A DNA stretch of 64,000 nucleotides from an uncultured Clostridia bacterium (GTDB lineage: Bacteria; Bacillota; Clostridia; Christensenellales; Borkfalkiaceae). A program made the position numbers and the translations under genes. Under the pieces are notes generated by a model that was given only the letters and a program-made list of their open reading frames with translations, was not told where the DNA came from and ran no database searches. The DNA lies in NCBI GenBank assembly GCA_964503655.1, contig CAZDAG010000007.1, positions 7,713-71,712 on the forward strand. Reading direction: 5' to 3'. Position 1 is the stretch's first letter. Each line of letters opens with the position of its first letter. Shown in pieces: positions 7,324 through 16,787 of the stretch.

Positions 7324-10300
7324 TCAGTAATCGATATTATCGTAGAAACCGTCTACATCCGAAAAATCGTTTCTCTCTTCCCTTGCGCCGTCACGCTCTC
7401 TGCGCACGGGCTTTTGGGTTGTGTCAACCGTCGTGGTCGTGGTTATAACCGCGTCGGAAGGATACTGCGCCAGAACGGGCTGCGAAACGTTTTCCTCTAC
7501 GGTGTTAACCGCAGGCTGTTCGGTAGCCATTCCCTTCTGCGACATAAGCTTTGCAAACGCCGCAATCAGCGCGTCGCCCAGGAGCTCGGCGTTCATACCC
7601 TCGTTGCCGAAGGGAAGCCTCTGTTTCTGTTCGTAAGCCGGATATCCGCGTGAGGCAAGCCTTGCCATTTCAAGCTCGGTCTTCATTGCGGAAAGTTCCT
7701 TATTCGCCTGCTGCTCGGCGCGTATCAGCGCAAGCTGCATTTTTATCTCGCCCAGACTGTCAGCCGAAACTGACTGGCCGCCATGCGAATAAGGCTGTAA
7801 CGATTGCGCAGGTTGCGAAGGCATTGCCTGTACGGCCGCAAGTTTTGCGCGCATTTCCGCAAGCTCGGCTTCAAGTCTCTGCATTGCCGAATTATCCGCC
7901 TGCTGAACGGGCGCCTGCTGCGCGGGTGTAGGCATTGCCTGCTGCTGCATTGCCATGGAAGCCATACCGGCGCCTGCCATGCCTGCCTGCGCGCGGATCT
8001 TTTCGAGTTCGGCTTCCTGCCTTGCTCTTGCAAGCTCGCGCTCGGCTTCAAGACGCTCCTGCTGCATTCTGCGCTCTTCTTCGCGGCGGGCTTTCGCCTC
8101 TTCGCGCTGTTCCTTGGTCTTTCTGCGTTTTATGCATACCGCAATTATTATGATAAGCAGTATCAGCACCGCCAGCGCGATTAAAAGCCAAGCCCACATA
8201 GGAAGTCCCAGCATCGTCTTGGATGCGAACTCTTTTACGTTGTTCATAAGAGCCGCCGCGCCGCTTTCAGGTACCGTATATGTTACCGCCGCGCTTGAAA
8301 GTTTAACGGTATCGTCGTTTGCAAACGTGAAGTTATTGCTGTCGTCGCCGTTTTCGCCTGCGCCGAGAACCGCGCTGACGTAATAGGACCTGCCGCCCTT
8401 AAACACGACTTCCTCGTCGGACAGAGGGGTCGTTGCGGCTTCGTCCGCGTAGTACGCAACGCCGATTTTAAGCGAGCCGTCGGTGATAAGCGTTCTTGCC
8501 CACTCGGGCAGTTTGCTCGCGTTAATCTTCGCGCCGTTCTTGCAGCTCAAATCGAGTATATCGGTACCCAGCTTGTAGGGCGCAATTTTCCAGTTGTAGG
8601 AAGCCACCGCGCCGTCAACCGTAACGCTCTGCGAAACCGCGTCGTCCGCAAGGCTGAATTTAACTACCGCCTTGGTGGTAACGCCGCCGCTCTCCGCAGG
8701 CTGCTTCCATTTATAGTTTGCGTTGATAATTTCAAGGGTCGCGGTGTAAGGACCTACGTTTATCGCGTTGATGGGATAGCTTACCGCCTTGATTATTTCG
8801 CCGTCGAGATACTGCTGGTACTTGCCGTCCAGGTACTCTTCGAATTTAATCTGTTCGCCCTTGAACTCTATCTTCTTGATAATTTCGGGAACGTCGATTT
8901 CCTTCTGGGTAACTTCGATAAGGAACGAATACGTATCCAGCGAGTACGAAACGTCGCCGTCCTCGGTCATTCTGATTTCTACTACGTATTTGCCCGCGTT
9001 GAGGTCTGAAAGCTTATACTCGCCCAGCTTGCCCAGCTCGGTCAGATTTGAAATCTTGTCAACGTCCTCGCAGTCGTGGATATAAACTTCGTAGTTGCCC
9101 GAAGCCGAAACCTGCGCGCCGCCGTCCTTTTCAACGACTTTGACCGCAAAGTCGACTTCCGAATAGACGAGCGAACTCTCTTCAAGCGTCGCTTTCGCGC
9201 GCGTTCTGTTGTCGCCGATGCTGAACGAAGCGACTTCGGTCGTTCCTTCGAGTTTATACTTACTGTCCATTCCGTCTTTCAGAACGACGTTCACTTTTAC
9301 CTGAATCTGTCCGCCTGCGTCGTCCGCAAGTTCGTACAGTTCAACGAGTCCGTCAACGCCCTTGTACTCGGTGCCGTTGTAGGTGTAAACGTAGTCGAGA
9401 ATTTCGTTCAGATCGAGTTTATCGTCATCCGCCTTTGCGACGGGCGTCTTGTACTTTTTGCCGTCCTTCGAAAGGTCGCCCTTGGGCATATTTACAATTT
9501 TCACCGTCTTGGGGGTAATTACCCAGGACAGAACCACGGGGTCGGGCTGATCGAAGTTTGTATCGGTGAGCGTGAACGAAAGGGTCGTAATCACGCGGTT
9601 TCCTTCTGCGGTGATTTCCTTCGAGCTGTTTCCGTCAAGCTCGTCAATCTCCGTGCCGTCGGGCATAGTGCCGTCTTTCACAAGCACGAAAATCATAGTG
9701 CCGTCGGCGTAGTCCACTTCGTAGACGGGAATTGCATTGCCTTCGCTGTCCGTGAAAGGATAATCTGTAGTATTAGGCGCGCCCATATCGACGGGCGTTC
9801 CGCTTGCGCCGACTTTATACTGCCATTTAATTTTGGAAGTATCAACCGTACCGTTCTTTATGGTAACGGTAATGGTTGCCGTACCCTTCTGCGAGTCGCC
9901 GCCGTACTTTTCGTCGTCGTCGAACAGATGGTCGCCGTCCGTTTTCAGCGCGTAGCATACCGTATAAGTATCGGGCGTCGAAAGGTCGGTAACAACCTGA
10001 CCCTTGCTGTTGGTAATTTTAATACCGTTCGTAAAGCCGTCGCGCGTGTCGGTGTCGGGCTGCATATAGTTGTACTCGGTGGGAATCTGGGGCGCGGGTA
10101 TCGTGTAAACGTTTGCCGCTCCGTCCTTCAACGCGTACTTAATTTCAACCTGCGAGCCGTCATCATTGAACAGAGCCGTTGCGGGGTCGTCGCCTTTAAC
10201 GATACTCCAGACGAGTCCGCTCGTATCCGCGCCGCCCGCGTCGATTTTGAACTGCTGCGAGTTTTTGTCGGTGTTCACGGTATAGTTATCGTTCACCGCG

Positions 10301-13300
10301 CTGTAACCGTTTTCGCCCTTTGCAATGAGTTCAACCTTCGCCGTGTAGTTGCCCGAAGCTAAATCTTTGATATCGATGCTCGTTCCGCTTACGGGTACGG
10401 GGCTGCCGCCCGTCTTGGTGTAGGTGAAGATATACGCGGGAGTCTCGCCCGAAACCGGACCTGCGGTAGTTGATTCCGCATAGCTCAAAGTTCCTGTACT
10501 TGCAGGGTCGAAGTCCCACTTCCAGTTGGTGTCGCCCGAGGCGGTGAAAGTGAATTCAAGCGATTTCTGCTTAATTTCGATATCTATCGTCTTGTTTGAA
10601 ACGCTCTTTGTTTCGTCATTCCAGGTATACTTGTCGCTGTTTAAAACGAAAGTGATTTTGCACTTGCCTGCGTTCGTCGCGGTGACGCTCTTCTGGTCCT
10701 CGGACAGCGTAAAGTTTGTCGTGTCCGAAAGAGTAACCGATTTAACCGCGTCCGAAGTATAGGTCAGCGTAAAGGTGTGACTGTCGCCGTCGTAAGTGTA
10801 TTCCTTTTTGTCGACGGTGGGAACGTTCGCGCTGCCCTTGCCGACCGTCAGCGTACCGTCTTTAAATTCTATATCGTAGTTGTCCGATTCATATCCGCTA
10901 GGCGTTATTTTGTAAGTGCCTGCGGGGCTTGTCGTGGAGTAAATCGTTCCGCCGCTATTCTTACAGGTAAACGCAAGCGTGCCTGTAAGTACCCCCTCCG
11001 TTTCGCCGTTCACAAAGCCACTGTACGTTACTTCGTGTTCGGGTTCGGCTTCGCCGTAGCCTATCGACTCGTCTTTCGCCGTAACCGTCAGTTTAGCTTT
11101 TTTAATTTCATAACTGCCCGTAACGGAGTCGTCGGTATCCGCCCACTTAAACCTGCTTGCGGTTTCCGTGCTTTTAAGCGTAACTTTAATATCGTCCTTG
11201 TCGTACTCGTCCGCGTTTATAAGGTCGGTCGGGTAAGTCACGGTATAGTCCGTACCTGCGGTAGTATCAAGCTTGGTACCCGCAAAGCCCGCGGGGTAAT
11301 TAAATTTTACCGTCGCGTTATTCTGCGCCTGTCCGTTATAGGTCTTGCTGCCGCTTATCGTTGCGGTAATTGTCGCCTGGCTGATTGTGTAAGCCGCGGT
11401 ATTAATCGTGATTTTATAGTTATTAACCGTCGGTTGAACTTTACCCTTAACGGTGTATGAACCCAAATCAGACGTGTTTGTCGCGTCGGTTGAAGGTGTC
11501 ACTAACGAAGTTACCGGCATTGAAGCGTCCGCGCTTGCAAGCGGGGTTGAGGGATTAACTTCCGCCTCTAACGCTGCAAGAGCGCAGCCGTATTCGCTGG
11601 TCGCATCTTTGAGATTTACTGTAATTTCCCTGGGCTGAATATTTACCGTAAACGGAGGCAAACCAATCGCACACGTAACGCTTGCTGAGACGGTAGGCTT
11701 ATAAGAGCTGGGAACAGTACTGAGGTTAGGTAAAAATGAATAATAACCGGCGTTGCTTACGCTTGTAAACGCAGTGGTACTGTTGTTGAACGCCGCATAG
11801 GCAGTTGAAGTGGTTGCGCCGCCTGACTGCCAGTCGAATAACGTTGCTCCGTCGGCGTTCGCTATTGTACGGACAGCGACAAGCTCGCTTCCGTAGGTTA
11901 AAGTCAAATCGCCGCCGCTTTCTACCGTTTCCCAGTCAGTACTGGTGTCAAGCTTATACTGCCACGTTGCATCAAGTATCGCCGTTTTGGAATTTGAAGT
12001 AAGTATTTGCCACTCGGCTCCGCCCTGGGCTATTCGTTTTGACGGGTCATCACTGAATACAAACGCTGCGGTATAGCTTGTATAAGTATAACCGTTTGTT
12101 TTACCCGTAGCGCCCGTAGTAAGTTTACCGTTGTTGCCAATTCCTGTGGTAATACCTATATAAGCCGAACCTTTTTCTGTCGTAAGGTCGCCCGTTATTG
12201 TTAACAATTTCGTAGTGACTCTGAGGTTAGCTTGGTCGCCGTTGGTAAAGTTATCGTAAATTTTTACTGGTCCGCCTATTGATACACTGCTGCTTGCGCC
12301 AGGATTCAAGGCACATCCCGTAGCTTGAGTATTCTGGGTAATAACACCGCCGTTCAATATAATTTTGGTGTTATCCATCAAACATATTCCGCCTTCGTAG
12401 CTAGCGGCATCGTTATAACTTATTTCACCGCCGGTTACAGTGAGTTCCGACTTCTCCGACATAAACACACCGCCGCCGTTATTAGCGCTATGATTGTCGG
12501 TAATAGTGCCGCCGGTGATTATTAAGGATACATTCTTATCTAGCCTTACACCGCCGCCGCCGTTAGTTGATCCTGTACCGTTCGCATAGTTACCGGAAAT
12601 TAAGCCGCCGTTTATCTCGTGTATTTCCGAAGTACCTTCAATTTCTACACCGCCGCCGTTACGGTCTGCTATATTGTTAGTAACGGAGCCGCCGTTCATA
12701 ACGAACTTACCATCGAGTACGTAAACACCGGCAGCGCAATCGCCTTTGTTTCCCGTAATATTGCCGCCGTTTATAGTTAACTCGCCGCCGTTCATCATTA
12801 TTCCGCCGCCGTAATCCTCTTCGGGCTTTTCAGAATGCCAGTTATCTTTTTCTGCCGTATAGCCGCCCGTAATATTGCCGCCGCCCGCGCTGTCCTCTAA
12901 TGTAAGTTTACCTCCGCCAACGTACAAATTGCTGCCCAGCTGGGTATAGTCGTTAAGCTGGCGGTTAATTGTGTGACCGTTTAAATCAAGCACTATATCC
13001 GCGCCATCGGGAATGCAAATTCTGCCGTATGAAAATCCGTCGCCGGTGCCGAAGGGGTGGCTTGCATCGTCGGTGGGAGCTAACCAGTCTGCGTCTAAAA
13101 TAAAGTAAACCTGCTTGCCCAGCGTTTTGCTGTTACTTACCGCGTTGTTCCAGGCGTCCGCAAAATTTTCGCCTACCACAAAGCGCAGCGAGGTGGTGTC
13201 CTGCTGCTGTTCGGTTGAAGAAACTTCTTCCGCGGTAAGCGTTTTATTGAAAGTTTTATCGTCGGAGTTATTCAGCGGAACCGCGCACGCGGAGAACATC

Positions 13301-13386
13301 AATGATGCCGCCATCGCAAACGAAGCTACCGCCGTTCCGAGCGCCGCTATTCTCTTTTTAAATTTTGTGTTTTTGGTGCTTTGCAT
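7324..13386 (-). CDS. giant surface protein: signal peptide, parallel beta-helix repeats, MBG/Ig-like repeats, one TM helix, roughly 300-aa cytoplasmic coiled-coil/low-complexity tail
   Basis: 2020 aa. The signal peptide is KKRIAALGTAVASFAMAASLMFSACA. It has GGG-I/V-x-N-GG beta-helix repeats and MBG-type units (YGEAEPEHEVTYSGFVNGETEGVLTGTL...AGTYKITPSGYESDNYDIEFKDGTLTV). The TM helix is LPMWAWLLIALAVLILLIIIIAV, followed by KRRKTKEQREEAKARREEERR. There is no LPXTG motif. Confidence 0.85.
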   Translation of the reverse strand: MQSTKNTKFKKRIAALGTAVASFAMAASLMFSACAVPLNNSDDKTFNKTLTAEEVSSTEQQQDTTSLRFVVGENFADAWNNAVSNSKTLGKQVYFILDADWLAPTDDASHPFGTGDGFSYGRICIPDGADIVLDLNGHTINRQLNDYTQLGSNLYVGGGKLTLEDSAGGGNITGGYTAEKDNWHSEKPEEDYGGGIMMNGGELTINGGNITGNKGDCAAGVYVLDGKFVMNGGSVTNNIADRNGGGVEIEGTSEIHEINGGLISGNYANGTGSTNGGGGVRLDKNVSLIITGGTITDNHSANNGGGVFMSEKSELTVTGGEISYNDAASYEGGICLMDNTKIILNGGVITQNTQATGCALNPGASSSVSIGGPVKIYDNFTNGDQANLRVTTKLLTITGDLTTEKGSAYIGITTGIGNNGKLTTGATGKTNGYTYTSYTAAFVFSDDPSKRIAQGGAEWQILTSNSKTAILDATWQYKLDTSTDWETVESGGDLTLTYGSELVAVRTIANADGATLFDWQSGGATTSTAYAAFNNSTTAFTSVSNAGYYSFLPNLSTVPSSYKPTVSASVTCAIGLPPFTVNIQPREITVNLKDATSEYGCALAALEAEVNPSTPLASADASMPVTSLVTPSTDATNTSDLGSYTVKGKVQPTVNNYKITINTAAYTISQATITATISGSKTYNGQAQNNATVKFNYPAGFAGTKLDTTAGTDYTVTYPTDLINADEYDKDDIKVTLKSTETASRFKWADTDDSVTGSYEIKKAKLTVTAKDESIGYGEAEPEHEVTYSGFVNGETEGVLTGTLAFTCKNSGGTIYSTTSPAGTYKITPSGYESDNYDIEFKDGTLTVGKGSANVPTVDKKEYTYDGDSHTFTLTYTSDAVKSVTLSDTTNFTLSEDQKSVTATNAGKCKITFVLNSDKYTWNDETKSVSNKTIDIEIKQKSLEFTFTASGDTNWKWDFDPASTGTLSYAESTTAGPVSGETPAYIFTYTKTGGSPVPVSGTSIDIKDLASGNYTAKVELIAKGENGYSAVNDNYTVNTDKNSQQFKIDAGGADTSGLVWSIVKGDDPATALFNDDGSQVEIKYALKDGAANVYTIPAPQIPTEYNYMQPDTDTRDGFTNGIKITNSKGQVVTDLSTPDTYTVCYALKTDGDHLFDDDEKYGGDSQKGTATITVTIKNGTVDTSKIKWQYKVGASGTPVDMGAPNTTDYPFTDSEGNAIPVYEVDYADGTMIFVLVKDGTMPDGTEIDELDGNSSKEITAEGNRVITTLSFTLTDTNFDQPDPVVLSWVITPKTVKIVNMPKGDLSKDGKKYKTPVAKADDDKLDLNEILDYVYTYNGTEYKGVDGLVELYELADDAGGQIQVKVNVVLKDGMDSKYKLEGTTEVASFSIGDNRTRAKATLEESSLVYSEVDFAVKVVEKDGGAQVSASGNYEVYIHDCEDVDKISNLTELGKLGEYKLSDLNAGKYVVEIRMTEDGDVSYSLDTYSFLIEVTQKEIDVPEIIKKIEFKGEQIKFEEYLDGKYQQYLDGEIIKAVSYPINAINVGPYTATLEIINANYKWKQPAESGGVTTKAVVKFSLADDAVSQSVTVDGAVASYNWKIAPYKLGTDILDLSCKNGAKINASKLPEWARTLITDGSLKIGVAYYADEAATTPLSDEEVVFKGGRSYYVSAVLGAGENGDDSNNFTFANDDTVKLSSAAVTYTVPESGAAALMNNVKEFASKTMLGLPMWAWLLIALAVLILLIIIIAVCIKRRKTKEQREEAKARREEERRMQQERLEAERELARARQEAELEKIRAQAGMAGAGMASMAMQQQAMPTPAQQAPVQQADNSAMQRLEAELAEMRAKLAAVQAMPSQPAQSLQPYSHGGQSVSADSLGEIKMQLALIRAEQQANKELSAMKTELEMARLASRGYPAYEQKQRLPFGNEGMNAELLGDALIAAFAKLMSQKGMATEQPAVNTVEENVSQPVLAQYPSDAVITTTTTVDTTQKPVRRERDGAREERNDFSDVDGFYDNIDY

Positions 13387-13428
13387 ACCCTCATCCTCCT
13401 GCTACTCCTTTTCCGGAGTAACAAAAAA

Positions 13429-13453
13429 AGTGTGTCCCCATAAAAGACACACT
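13429..13453 (-). terminator. terminator-like hairpin inside the 5' leader of the surface protein gene
   Basis: Minus-strand AGUGUGUC-UUUUAUGGG-GACACACU followed by U7. It ends about 35 nt before the ATG at 13386. Confidence 0.5.
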
Positions 13454-13733
13454 CTGCTATGTAGTATATCTTTTAAGGTTACCACACCATTTACAATTTC
13501 TGCCCTTTTCAATACAAAGCTTAATTCGAGTACAAAAGCAAATCGCTTAGCAAAGTCATTGATTATATAGCAAATAATTTTTAAAGATATACAAAGCCGC
13601 TATGACTTTGTTATATAATTAAATCTTTTGCTTGTCTTTGCTTTTTTCCTAAATCGCATCAAGCTTTGTTTTTCGGGCAAAAAAATTGCATAAAAAACGG
13701 GCAATATTAAATTGTAAATAATGTGGTATGCGT

Positions 13734-13762
13734 ATTTTAACATATTCCGTCAAAATTTTCAA
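13734..13762 (-). promoter_or_regulatory. candidate sigma-A promoter for the surface protein gene
   Basis: Minus strand TTGAAA, 17 nt, TAAAAT (-35 at 13762..13757, -10 at 13739..13734). Confidence 0.35.
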
Positions 13763-13785
13763 GATATTTTTTAAAAAAATAAAAA

Positions 13786-13815
13786 CTTGTGGTTGCCAAT
13801 TACTCCCACCACAAG
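13786..13815 (-). terminator. second intrinsic terminator downstream of galE
   Basis: CTTGTGGT..ACCACAAG 8-bp stem, followed on the minus strand by a long U-run (13772..13785). Confidence 0.5.
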
Positions 13816-13893
13816 ATATTGTGTCCGGCAATGCCGGTTTCGTATTATTTTCGTGTTTTTTCTTGATTTTTCGCCTTAAAAACGCATAAAAAA

Positions 13894-13927
13894 GGCGCCG
13901 CGGCGGAAAAATTTCCGCCGCGGCGCC
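13894..13927 (-). terminator. intrinsic terminator of galE
   Basis: GGCGCCGCGGCGG-AAAAATTT-CCGCCGCGGCGCC, followed on the minus strand by TTTTTT. Confidence 0.7.
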
Positions 13928-13947
13928 ACTATTCTACCTATTATATA

Positions 13948-14964
13948 TTAACCGCGTCCAAACCCGTCTGGGTTGTTTTTCTGCCAGCGCCATGTGTCCG
14001 CGCACATTTCGTCAATGCCCAGTTTCGCCGACCAGCCCAGCTCCCTTTTCGCCTTTTCCGCCGAAGCGTAGCACTCCGCAACGTCGCCCGCGCGCCTTTC
14101 CACAATCTCGTACGGAATTTTTTTGCCGCACGCCCTTTCAAACGCGCTTACCATTTCAAGCACGCTGTAACCTCTGCCTGTGCCGAGATTGCAAATATGC
14201 ACACCCGTCGATTTATAGCCGGCAAGCGCTGCAACGTGACCCTTTGCAAGGTCCACCACATGGATATAGTCCCTTACCCCCGTGCCGTCGCGCGTGGGAT
14301 AATCTCCGCCGAAAACTTTCAGCTTATCCCTTTTACCCGCCGCAACCTGCGCTATATAGGGCATCAGATTATTCGGTATTCCTTTGGGGTCCTCGCCTAT
14401 CATGCCGCTTTCGTGCGCGCCGACGGGGTTAAAATACCTCAAAAGCATAACGTTCCAACTTCCGTCCGCGGCGCAAAGGTCCTGCAAAATGCGCTCAATC
14501 ATAAGTTTGGTCGCACCGTAGGGGTTTGTCGCCGAAAGGCGGCAGTCCTCGGTAAGCGGCAGCCTTTCGGGTACGCCGTACACCGTCGCCGACGAAGAAA
14601 ATATAATGCTTTTAACGCCCGCCCTCTTCATGCAGTCCAAAAGCACGAGAGTACCGTAAACGTTGTTATCGTAATAGTCCAGCGGAATTTGGCAGCTTTC
14701 GCCGACCGCTTTCAGTCCTGCGAAATGAATTACACCGTCAATCTTGTTTTCGCCTAAAATTTTATCAAGCATGGCTTTGTCGCGTATATCGCCCTCGTAA
14801 AAGCTGACTTTTTTCGCGGTCAGTTTTTCAACCCTCTTCAGACTCTCTTCCGAAGAGTTCGAAAGGTTGTCGATAACTACTACGCCGTAGCCCGAATTTA
14901 AAAGTTCCAATACGGTATGACTGCCGATATAGCCGGCGCCGCCCGTCACCAAAATATTTTGCAT
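13948..14964 (-). CDS. galE: UDP-glucose 4-epimerase
   Basis: 338 aa with GGAGYIGSH (Rossmann fold) and YGATK (YxxxK). It reads as GalE-like over its full length. Confidence 0.9.
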   Translation of the reverse strand: MQNILVTGGAGYIGSHTVLELLNSGYGVVVIDNLSNSSEESLKRVEKLTAKKVSFYEGDIRDKAMLDKILGENKIDGVIHFAGLKAVGESCQIPLDYYDNNVYGTLVLLDCMKRAGVKSIIFSSSATVYGVPERLPLTEDCRLSATNPYGATKLMIERILQDLCAADGSWNVMLLRYFNPVGAHESGMIGEDPKGIPNNLMPYIAQVAAGKRDKLKVFGGDYPTRDGTGVRDYIHVVDLAKGHVAALAGYKSTGVHICNLGTGRGYSVLEMVSAFERACGKKIPYEIVERRAGDVAECYASAEKAKRELGWSAKLGIDEMCADTWRWQKNNPDGFGRG

Positions 14965-15014
14965 AGCCGTATTATATATATCCGGTTAAACTTTTGTCAA
15001 GCGTTATCGCACCG

Positions 15015-16772
15015 TCACTCCACAGTGACCGACTTTGCCAGATTTCTGGGCTTGTCGGGGTCGCGGTTCAATATTACCGCCGTTCTGTACGCGATAAGCT
15101 GCAGCGCCGACGACGACAAAAGGGGGGATAAATACTCGCCGCCGTCGGGAATTTTTACAATCTCTGCACGTCCTTTCAGCTCCTCCGCAATGCTGTCAAC
15201 GCAGGTCACAACGGCTACTTTGCCCTTTCTCGAAAGCACCTGCTCCACCGCGTTTTTGCTCTTGCCGGCAAGCCGTTCGCAGGTAATAACCACCACCGCA
15301 ACAGCGCTTTCGTCAATCAGCGCGAGTGTGCCGTGCTTCAGCTCGCCCGCGGGATAGCCCTCGCTTGGAATATAGGAAACCTCTTTTAATTTCAGACTGC
15401 CTTCGAGCGCGACCGCGTAGTCTATGTCCCTGCCCAGAAAATACACGCCGCTTGAACGCGCGCACATATCCGCAACTGCCGATATGTCCGTGTTTTCAAC
15501 CGTCTGTTTGCAGAGGGCGGAAATTTTTTGCATTTCGTCAAAGTCGTTGCGCCGGCCTGCCAGAACGTTTGCAAGCAGGTACAGGGCGGCAACCTGACCG
15601 GCGTACGATTTTGTCGCCGCCACGCAGATTTCGGGTCCGGCGGCAACCGGTATAACCACGTCGGCAATTCCTGTCAGCTGCGAGTAGGGCGCGTTTGTCA
15701 CCGCGACCACGCGCGCGTTAAAATTTTTTGCGAGCTGCGCGGCCTCGACCGTGTCGGCGGTTTCGCCGCTCTGACTTACCGCGACCACCAGAGTTCTTTC
15801 GCCGACGATAGGATTTTTATATCGGAACTCGCCGGCAATTTCAGCCTCGCAGGGAATTCGCGCAAACTGTTCGATATATCTTTTTGCAACCAGTCCGCTG
15901 TTATACGCCGTGCCGCAGCCGGTGATAATTACGCGGTCAACGCCGGCGCAGATTTTTCTTACCTCTCCCTCCGCCGTGTGAAAAACTGCGCAAGTGTTCG
16001 CTATTGCATACGGCGACTCGCGTATTTCTTTCAGCATATAGTGCGGACAGCCGCCCAGCTCTAAATTAGCTGGGGTGGCAAGATTGGGACGGACCGGGCG
16101 GCGAACTTCGTTTAAACCGTTGTCGAATACGCGTACCGCGTCCGAAGTTATCAGTGCAAAATCGCCGTCCTCCAAAATACTTATTTCTCTGCACAACCCC
16201 GCAAGAGCGGGGGCGTCGCTCGCCGCAAAATTTCCGTCCGCGCCGCTTCCGACTATAACCGGACTTTTGAACTTTGCCGCGGCGATACCGTCGAAATCAG
16301 CGCATATGACCGCTATTGCATACGAACCGGTTAAAAGCGCGCAGACTTTTTTAAGCGCAGCTAAAAGGTCGCCGTCGTAAAATTTATCCAGAAGACGGGC
16401 GATAACTTCGCTGTCGGTATCGGACAAAAATTCGGCGTTTGCAAGATATTTTTCTTTCAGTTCGGCGTAGTTTTCTATAATGCCGTTATGTACTAACGCA
16501 AACTTACCCGCCGCAAGAGGGTGGGCGTTCACGTCCGAAGGTTTGCCGTGGGTCGCCCAGCGCGTATGTCCTATACCGGTGTTTCCGTTCAAATCGCCGA
16601 CGCAGTTTTCAAGCGTTGCAACCTTGCCCTGCCGCTTTACTATTGAAATTTGTCCCTTTGATAAAGTTGCGATTCCCGCGGAATCGTAGCCCCTGTATTC
16701 AAGTTGTTTTAATCCGCCGTAAATAATATCCGAAGCCCTGCGTTTGAGAGCGCAGCCGACTATTCCGCACAT
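15015..16772 (-). CDS. glmS: glutamine--fructose-6-phosphate aminotransferase
   Basis: 585 aa with an N-terminal MCGIVG nucleophile, two SIS-like halves and a C-terminal KSVTVE. Confidence 0.9.
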   Translation of the reverse strand: MCGIVGCALKRRASDIIYGGLKQLEYRGYDSAGIATLSKGQISIVKRQGKVATLENCVGDLNGNTGIGHTRWATHGKPSDVNAHPLAAGKFALVHNGIIENYAELKEKYLANAEFLSDTDSEVIARLLDKFYDGDLLAALKKVCALLTGSYAIAVICADFDGIAAAKFKSPVIVGSGADGNFAASDAPALAGLCREISILEDGDFALITSDAVRVFDNGLNEVRRPVRPNLATPANLELGGCPHYMLKEIRESPYAIANTCAVFHTAEGEVRKICAGVDRVIITGCGTAYNSGLVAKRYIEQFARIPCEAEIAGEFRYKNPIVGERTLVVAVSQSGETADTVEAAQLAKNFNARVVAVTNAPYSQLTGIADVVIPVAAGPEICVAATKSYAGQVAALYLLANVLAGRRNDFDEMQKISALCKQTVENTDISAVADMCARSSGVYFLGRDIDYAVALEGSLKLKEVSYIPSEGYPAGELKHGTLALIDESAVAVVVITCERLAGKSKNAVEQVLSRKGKVAVVTCVDSIAEELKGRAEIVKIPDGGEYLSPLLSSSALQLIAYRTAVILNRDPDKPRNLAKSVTVE

Positions 16773-16787
16773 ATATTCACTCCGATT

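Noticed and set aside
9076-10362. Long antisense ORFs inside the big genes (for example 9076-10362, 10777-11460, 4640-5659, 17121-17951, 60665-61516, 22361-23002)
   Set aside because: They lie entirely within, and antisense to, strongly supported genes. Their composition is low-complexity and Arg/Val/Phe-rich, typical of shadow ORFs. They have no RBS or motif support.
13649-13831. 60-aa ORF in the galE-adhesin intergenic region
   Set aside because: It overlaps a predicted terminator and promoter, has an AT-rich low-complexity translation and has no RBS.
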